A stretch of DNA of 64,000 nt, taken from positions 186,001-250,000 of the forward strand of contig VRMN01000011.1 in assembly GCA_008690995.1 (NCBI GenBank). Direction: 5' to 3'. The stretch is from Porphyridium purpureum. Taxonomy: Eukaryota. The position numbers and the translations under genes were made by a program. The notes under the pieces are model-generated. The model searched no databases. It saw nothing but the letters and a program-made list of their open reading frames with translations, and was not told where the DNA came from. This document shows, one piece after another, positions 58,022-64,000 of the stretch; position 1 is the first letter of the stretch; every line of letters starts with the position of its first letter.

Positions 58022-59110
58022 ATGGATGGCGGCCTTCACGCACCGAAGCGCTCGCACTTGCTGGGCGTGTGCATGGTTCTTGCAGTAGCCCTGATCTGGG
58101 TGGCGTCTTCAGTCGTGACGCAGCGCATCTTTGGTGCCCAGCACTATGACAAGCCGTTGTTTCTGACCTATTTCAGCACGTCGCTCTTCAGCGTGTATTT
58201 ATTCGGTTTCGCTCTCATTCCGTCTTGGCGCACGTACGCAAGGGCACGTGCAAAGAGCAACCTAGATTTCGCAAAGAGCAGTGCCCTACCAAGCGATGAA
58301 AAAGCCGAGCACCTAGATATTGATCAGCGGCGCAGTTTGGGTGCAGTCCCAGTGGACCTTTCCTCGGAAGAGGAACCACAGATTCCGTTCCGGCTTCTCG
58401 TTAAGCTTGCGGCCGGCTTTGTACCGCTCTGGACAGTTGCAAATCTACTATTTAACATTGGACTTCGCTCAACGTCGGTGGCGTCCGCCTCGATAATATC
58501 AACGCTTTCGTCGCTTTTTACGCTTCTCCTGGGCAGCGCAGTCCGCACTGAGCGCTTCTCGATCGTCAAGCTAGCAGCGATTGGACTGAACTCAGTCGGT
58601 GTTGCGATCGTGGCCTTGCAAGACTATTCTCGCGGGAGCAGTAGCTCCTGGAAGGGAGACGTTTTCTGCGTGTTGGCCGCGCTCGGTTACGCGGTCTACG
58701 TAACATACCTCAAGTTTTTCATGGAAAGCGACGACAATGTTTTTTCGATGCCCATGTTTTTCGGTTTCGTCGGATTGGTCAGCACTTTTTTGGACGGGAT
58801 TCTGGTGGTGATTGCTCACTTAACAGGCGTGGAACGCTTCGAGTGGCCCAACCGCAGCACGCTTGTTATGCTTCTTGCGAATGGCCTCGTTGGCTCCGTC
58901 CTCAGCGACTATTTGTGGGCGCGAGGAGCCCTGTTGACCACGCCCCTCATCGCCACCTTGGCTGTTGGGATGTCAATCCCATTGTCGCTTGTGTCAGATG
59001 TTGTACTGAATGGCTTGCATTTTAATGTCTGGTATACCGTTGGGCTCGCGATGGTGTTCGCTGGATTTGTAGCAGCAAATATGGACGAGGTTGAGGCGTC
59101 CGCCAGTTGA
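58022..59110 (+). CDS. EamA/DMT superfamily transporter (SLC35F5/Thi74-like)
   Basis: IWVASS, YDKPLFLTY..TSLF..YL, TSVAS..I.S..SS.FTL, GD...L..A..YAVY, FFGFVG, SVLSDYLWA...LLTTPL.AT. Confidence 0.93.
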   Translation: MDGGLHAPKRSHLLGVCMVLAVALIWVASSVVTQRIFGAQHYDKPLFLTYFSTSLFSVYLFGFALIPSWRTYARARAKSNLDFAKSSALPSDEKAEHLDIDQRRSLGAVPVDLSSEEEPQIPFRLLVKLAAGFVPLWTVANLLFNIGLRSTSVASASIISTLSSLFTLLLGSAVRTERFSIVKLAAIGLNSVGVAIVALQDYSRGSSSSWKGDVFCVLAALGYAVYVTYLKFFMESDDNVFSMPMFFGFVGLVSTFLDGILVVIAHLTGVERFEWPNRSTLVMLLANGLVGSVLSDYLWARGALLTTPLIATLAVGMSIPLSLVSDVVLNGLHFNVWYTVGLAMVFAGFVAANMDEVEASAS

Positions 59111-59940
59111 GTATTCCGATTGGAAGCCAGAATCTCGTTTCCATTCCTAGAAGGGCGCGATAAGGTGAGGAACAGGACCAGGAGAGGGCACTGCAACAAA
59201 ACTCGAGAAAATGGTGTACTTACCCGACCTCAAGTCCTGCTGTACAGGATGTTCCGGAACCAAGTTTCGACATACATGCAGATGGCTTTGAAAAAAACAC
59301 TGCCACTCGGCCGGAAAGCAGAATGATTGTGAGGCAATGCGCCGTGAAGACATTTTCGAGCACTTGATGTCTACATATATGAGCTTGGCTCTTGTGGTTC
59401 CTGTCCTCGCCGAGTCGTCAATGGGCTGAAAGAATACAGGAGCCTATAAGCAACGAAGCAATTAATTTGTCGACGGCGGTGAGGTCAGCATGTCTTTCTC
59501 TCAGAGATTTCGACGCCGATCTACAGTATCCCGTTTAGACAGATATTCCACGGAAAGGATGGGAATGTATTTGCATACAACAATCTGGTCGACTCCATAT
59601 GTGACGCGATTGTCTTGGAGCTTGAGCGGAGAAAATTTTTTGACCTGCCCGTCCCTGCATCATGGGCGTGATGCTGTGAACCAGCAGATCGATGTGCATG
59701 CCTTTGAGGTTATGAATTGACGGTTCGTACTTTCCCGTGCAATCTGGTAAACACCAGTTCCAGGCCGGGAAGGAGGAAAGGAAAAGCAGAGTCTGGCACC
59801 AGTCGTAAGCCAGCTGCCGCGGAGGCTCTTTGGGATACTCTCTTCAGTTCAAATTAGTTTCACTTGTCAGAGTTTGTGCCACTCACGTGGCACTACATCC
59901 AGAAGTCCCATTCGACACAATCCCCGTTCTGAGCTTCCTA

Positions 59941-60714
59941 TCAGCGGATGTACTTGTCCAAGAATCGCTTGTGGAATTCTGTCTGCAGAGCATTATTAAC
60001 AAATGCGGGCGGCCTATTTCCTCGCGAAGGAATCGGGTCTTCCCGAAGCACGACGTCTTCTGTCCAACTTTGCCGCGACCGGATGTCCCGCGATATCGAC
60101 GGCGCGGTTGAATCCGCAAAGTCACGCAACTGAATCAAGGGATTTCCATTATATACGGAATTCTTCTGCTCTGTCATTGTCGCGCCGTACACTGAGCCCG
60201 CCCTCGATGGGACACACGTTTCGGACGCACCAGATGCAACGCCCCGCTCTCTGCGGATTTTCTCGAGCTGGGCAAGCAGCTCTGCTTCCTCGTCTTCGTC
60301 ATCATCCGATGAAGACTCTGAAGATGACGCTTGGGTGCGGCTCGTTCGCTGGACCTCTTGACCCGGCGAAGACGGTCTCCCAGACTGAGCTGCATCATCT
60401 CGCTCGCTCGCCTCTAGACGTTGGGGAGGCAAAGCTTGTTGCCGGGGTTGCGGGATTATCGGGTTTCCTTGGAGTTGGTCAAGCCGCTCTGTCCCATAGT
60501 CTAGCTGCGTGAACGGTGCTTCATCCTGGGGTCCGATACGGGTGCTGTCGGGCACACGCTGTGGCGTGACGCGTTGTGCCATTGGCTTGCGCGTCTTGAG
60601 CTGCCCATGCGCGGATTTGCTCTTCCCCGAGACGCGAGCGGACGCAACGCCCAGGCGCCATCTCCCTTGAACCTCTGCGCCGCGCGCCGACACGGTGTGG
60701 GCTTTATGCGACAT
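59941..60714 (-). CDS. CWC15: Spliceosome-associated protein Cwc15/Cwf15, divergent
   Basis: N-terminal MSHKAH...ARG.E.QG...H..LK.R; acidic DDDEDEEAELLAQLEKIRRER; GNPL; W.EDVV..FVN..LQTEFHKRFLDKYIR. Confidence 0.88.
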   Translation of the reverse strand: MSHKAHTVSARGAEVQGRWRLGVASARVSGKSKSAHGQLKTRKPMAQRVTPQRVPDSTRIGPQDEAPFTQLDYGTERLDQLQGNPIIPQPRQQALPPQRLEASERDDAAQSGRPSSPGQEVQRTSRTQASSSESSSDDDEDEEAELLAQLEKIRRERGVASGASETCVPSRAGSVYGATMTEQKNSVYNGNPLIQLRDFADSTAPSISRDIRSRQSWTEDVVLREDPIPSRGNRPPAFVNNALQTEFHKRFLDKYIR

Positions 60715-60936
60715 GACTCTGCCCGCGCCACCCAACGATGCCACCGCGACGCTCAACTGCCGCGCCGGGCCGAACAAATTCGGCCCTTGCGAGTGTACCT
60801 CGCATCTCAATAAGGTACAGTGCACCGCACTTTTTGGCGCGAAACGTTTGCGGGGGTGCGATGGCGTGCAGTCGGTGTCGAGCTGTGCGCCACGCGGGCT
60901 GGCGGGGCAGTGTACCGAGGCGGCGGAGAAGGAGGC

Positions 60937-61452
60937 ATGGTGGAAGTCAAGGCCGATGGGGCACCGGCGCTGCCGCAGTCGCGCGTGCGCGACGTGATCC
61001 GCTTGGACGCAGACATGGAAGGCCTCAGTGTGCGCCGTGACGCGCTGCTCACGGTGTCCAAAGCCGCAGAGCTCTTCATCGAGCTCCTGGTGCAGGAAGC
61101 GATGAATGGCACTCAGGGCTCCGTCAAAAAAATCGAATACAAGCATATTGCGGAAGCTGTCCACGGAATCCCGGCATTCGCCTTCTTGCAAGAAATGGTG
61201 CCCCTGGACTCCTCCAGGGCCGTACACTTGGACGCGTTTGCTGGACTGGCGGAGGCTGCCACCGCTGAGGACGTGAACCCGACCACAGATCAGCATGATG
61301 GGACAAAGGACGAGACGCCCTCGAAGCCTGCTCATTCAATCTGCACACCTGCGGTCGCAGTCGACAACACTGAGACAGTGCAGAGCTCCGCTGGATCTGG
61401 ACATTTTGACGCTTTGGGTCCGGCAGAAGGAGGCATGGACATTGAAACTTAG
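60937..61452 (+). CDS. Histone-fold protein (NF-YC/CHRAC1/POLE4-like)
   Basis: LPQSRVRDVIRLDAD..DALL.VSKAAELFIE.L..KKIEYKHIAEAV...FAFL..MVP. Confidence 0.88.
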   Translation: MVEVKADGAPALPQSRVRDVIRLDADMEGLSVRRDALLTVSKAAELFIELLVQEAMNGTQGSVKKIEYKHIAEAVHGIPAFAFLQEMVPLDSSRAVHLDAFAGLAEAATAEDVNPTTDQHDGTKDETPSKPAHSICTPAVAVDNTETVQSSAGSGHFDALGPAEGGMDIET

Positions 61453-61730
61453 CTCAGCCACAAATGAAAGACGATGCTTCGTAGGATCCGCTCTCCAAAA
61501 TTTTGCGATTGACAGACCCAAAAAGCCCTGCTTGCCGAAATAATCAGATGCCGACCATGTGAAATTCACTCGCTCGGTGGCTCACTGCGAACATGCCCGA
61601 GCTTCATTAGTGTGACTCGATTCTTCCTCGCGTGCTCTTCCCCAAACATACGTAGAAGCTGGTTTTTCATCGCTCATCGGCGCTGCAATCTTGTATTTCG
61701 CTCACGGAAAGGAGTGACATTAATGGCACC

Positions 61731-63272
61731 ATGATTGCGTTTGTTCCGGTCGCGCACGCACAGCGAAGAGCGATCTTCTCGCGAGGATGCATCCCTCGCG
61801 ATGGCACAGCAAGATGCCGCAAGCGTGCTGGCTCGCTGACGACCATGTGCATGGCAGTGCGATACGACCTGGTCACTTTAGGGAATGTGTGCGTGGACCT
61901 TGTCGTCCCAGCCCGAGCCTTCCCGATTGAACCTGGGGTACATCAGGACATGGTGGCTCCGGCGTCTGTCACCTGTGGAGGAGCGGCAAATGCGCTCATC
62001 GTGGCGCGGCGGCTCGGTTTGAATGTTGCTGCGATTGGGCATGTTGGAAACGATACACTTGGACAGATACTGACGTCACAACTTCATGAGCATGGCATCA
62101 ATGCCAAGCATCTGGTCGTCTCGCCTACCCAGTCGACTGCGGCGTGCGCGATCATAACGGATGAGGATGGAAATCATACATTTATTGCTTCCAACGAGCG
62201 CCCGACCGCGATTTACTCGGATCTGACGGCAATCGATCCACGTACCCAAGAGCATCACGTACCTTCTGAGTTCAGAAGCGCCTTGCAGGCGGCCCGTGCG
62301 TTGCTGATCGATGGCTATGCACTTGATGATCTCACGTTTCCGTTGCTCGCAGGTTGCGTCCAAATCGCAAAGCAAAATGGTGCCCTGCTGATTTTCGATC
62401 CTCAGGCGACCACGCGCCATTTGGCACAGACCAACCGCCCTCTCTTGGACTACATGTGCTCTAATGCCAGCATTTTGTCCCTCACCATGGAAGAGGCAGA
62501 AGATCTGGTCCTCTACGCAGGCGAGGTGGTCTCACGAACACCGTCGGCACGCGCACCAACAATTGCGCGCGCACGTGATCTGTGCTCCCTTTTGTCAGGC
62601 AAGTTTCCATCGACGCAGTACATTCTCATCAAATGCGGCGCGGAAGGTTCTTGCGGACTGCAATGCTCAGCGAAGCCCGCGGCGGCTGAACACGCCGTTT
62701 TCGTGCACGGGATCGAGCTCGGTGACCGTTTCGTGGACTCGACCGGCGCAGGCGACAGCTTCGTAGCTGCATTCATAGCGGGCCTGCTCCACAACGGACT
62801 TGCACCTCTGGAAAATTTGCTGGCCCTCGCGAACGCTGCAGGTGCGGCGACATGTACGGCACGCGGCGCAGGGCCCAACTGCGCGACTTTCGAAGCAGTT
62901 GCGGCCTTTCTTCCGGAGAAACTCTCTGAGTCTTTAAACGCCCAGCCCAAAGACCAATACCAAAACCAACCTCACTGCGTGCTGCACGTGACTCTGGAGT
63001 GTCCGGACGCCGTGGAGTCTGCATTTCTCAAGTTGGCCAACGAGCTGGCCGTCCACTCGCGCAAAGAGGTCGGATGCATTTCGTACTCGTTCGCTCGAAG
63101 TTGCGACAACCCGCGCCACTTCATGGTCGTCGAGCGGTTTGCGAGCGTTGAGGCTCTCGACGTCCACTCGAATTCAGAACATTTCAAGCGCATTGTGCCG
63201 CGTTTTGAGGAGCTGGGTGTGCGCACGCTTTCGGCACAAAAAGGCGTCGTCGTCTTAGAAGCGGAAAAATAA
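61731..63272 (+). CDS. PfkB-family carbohydrate kinase fused to a C-terminal ABM (LsrG/YgiN-like) domain, plastid-targeted
   Basis: DLVTLGNVCVD, GGAANALI.A.RLG, FDP, IKCGAEG, DSTGAGDSF; from 62970 F..LA..SRKEVGCISY.F..S.DNP..F.VVERF.S.EAL..H..SEHF; MIAFV leader. Confidence 0.9.
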   Translation: MIAFVPVAHAQRRAIFSRGCIPRDGTARCRKRAGSLTTMCMAVRYDLVTLGNVCVDLVVPARAFPIEPGVHQDMVAPASVTCGGAANALIVARRLGLNVAAIGHVGNDTLGQILTSQLHEHGINAKHLVVSPTQSTAACAIITDEDGNHTFIASNERPTAIYSDLTAIDPRTQEHHVPSEFRSALQAARALLIDGYALDDLTFPLLAGCVQIAKQNGALLIFDPQATTRHLAQTNRPLLDYMCSNASILSLTMEEAEDLVLYAGEVVSRTPSARAPTIARARDLCSLLSGKFPSTQYILIKCGAEGSCGLQCSAKPAAAEHAVFVHGIELGDRFVDSTGAGDSFVAAFIAGLLHNGLAPLENLLALANAAGAATCTARGAGPNCATFEAVAAFLPEKLSESLNAQPKDQYQNQPHCVLHVTLECPDAVESAFLKLANELAVHSRKEVGCISYSFARSCDNPRHFMVVERFASVEALDVHSNSEHFKRIVPRFEELGVRTLSAQKGVVVLEAEK

Positions 63273-64000
63273 ATGCAGGCAAGTTTTACATTGGGAGACG
63301 ATAGTTGGACAGTCAGTTCCGAAGTTCTCTGTGCGGGAGGGAGACACACAAAAGTAGCATGGCTCCCACAGGGTTAGGATCGAACTCCGGAAGTACGGAG
63401 TCATTGTCTTTGGCGCACAGTCTCTTGGCACCCGAGGAGGGCTACGGCTCCGATTCCGGTTCTGCCTCTGGCTCTGGCTCCGGCTCCGGGGTTAAAGTCG
63501 CCCCAGGGGCTGCGGCAGTCGACGAAACCCCTTTGAACGTTCAAGCGTACCGTCGCATTCGAGTCGTACGAGTCGGTGCGCGCGCGGATGCGAACACGGC
63601 GAAATGGTGTCTATATTTATGCGAAGGGGGCGATCAGCTTTCGATTCTGGTGGCGAATCTGCCGATTGTAGTTTCGGAGGCAGCAATCAAGGTGGCACTC
63701 CAGCACTATGTGCCTGTTGCGTCGGTCTCTATTGTACCGGCCCGCGGTGAGGTCAATGAAGTTGCGACTACACAGTCGGCTCTGGTGCGATTTGACAGCA
63801 CCTCGGCGTGCAAAAAGTTGTTTACACTGGGCAACGTTGACCATCTGGCGCGCCTCCTGGATGACAACGAGCGTCTAGGTAGCGCTCGTTCTGGCAACCT
63901 TGATGACGATACAGGTGAAGAAAATAGAGAATCTGCCGCTGCAGCACAGGGCGTCGGAGTCTTGGCACCTTGGCTTCAAGTAAGTGCTCGTGGACCCGAG

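Noticed and set aside
59217..59224. TACTTACC, similar to the U1 snRNA 5' end
   Set aside because: Only an 8-mer; no U1 stem-loops or convincing Sm site were recognised downstream.
63358..63440. Possible tRNA on the minus strand (GTTCGAT T-loop-like motif)
   Set aside because: The flanks do not form T-stem, acceptor or anticodon stems; the region reads better as decayed coding sequence.

Overview
Gene-dense, intron-poor eukaryotic nuclear DNA, almost certainly from a unicellular red alga (Porphyridium-like; this is an inference). Support: nucleus-encoded psbU, petC, sufD and type-A FtsH carry simple primary-plastid transit peptides with an early Phe (MAFV...), and the only clear introns are two short GT-AG introns in COX20. 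About 30 intact housekeeping or plastid genes are interspersed with decayed sequences that the ORF track hides: a 3'-truncated Tc1 (DD34E) transposon, a Merlin/IS1595-type transposase relic, an R2R3-Myb pseudogene and a frameshifted hedgehog-type Hint/Hog domain. The most unusual observations are: (i) a near-perfect ~230-bp tandem duplication inside an O-fucosyltransferase-like gene, whose boundary contains CAG|GT so that one copy could be spliced as a GT...AG intron restoring the ORF (candidate nascent intron); (ii) a plastid-targeted PfkB sugar kinase fused to an ABM/LsrG-like domain; (iii) a PhyH-family Fe(II)/2OG enzyme with H-G-G in place of H-x-D, a halogenase-like signature; (iv) two divergent genes whose ATGs are only 12 bp apart. 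All calls come from motif recognition by eye; no database search was run, and single-base frameshifts could be assembly errors.
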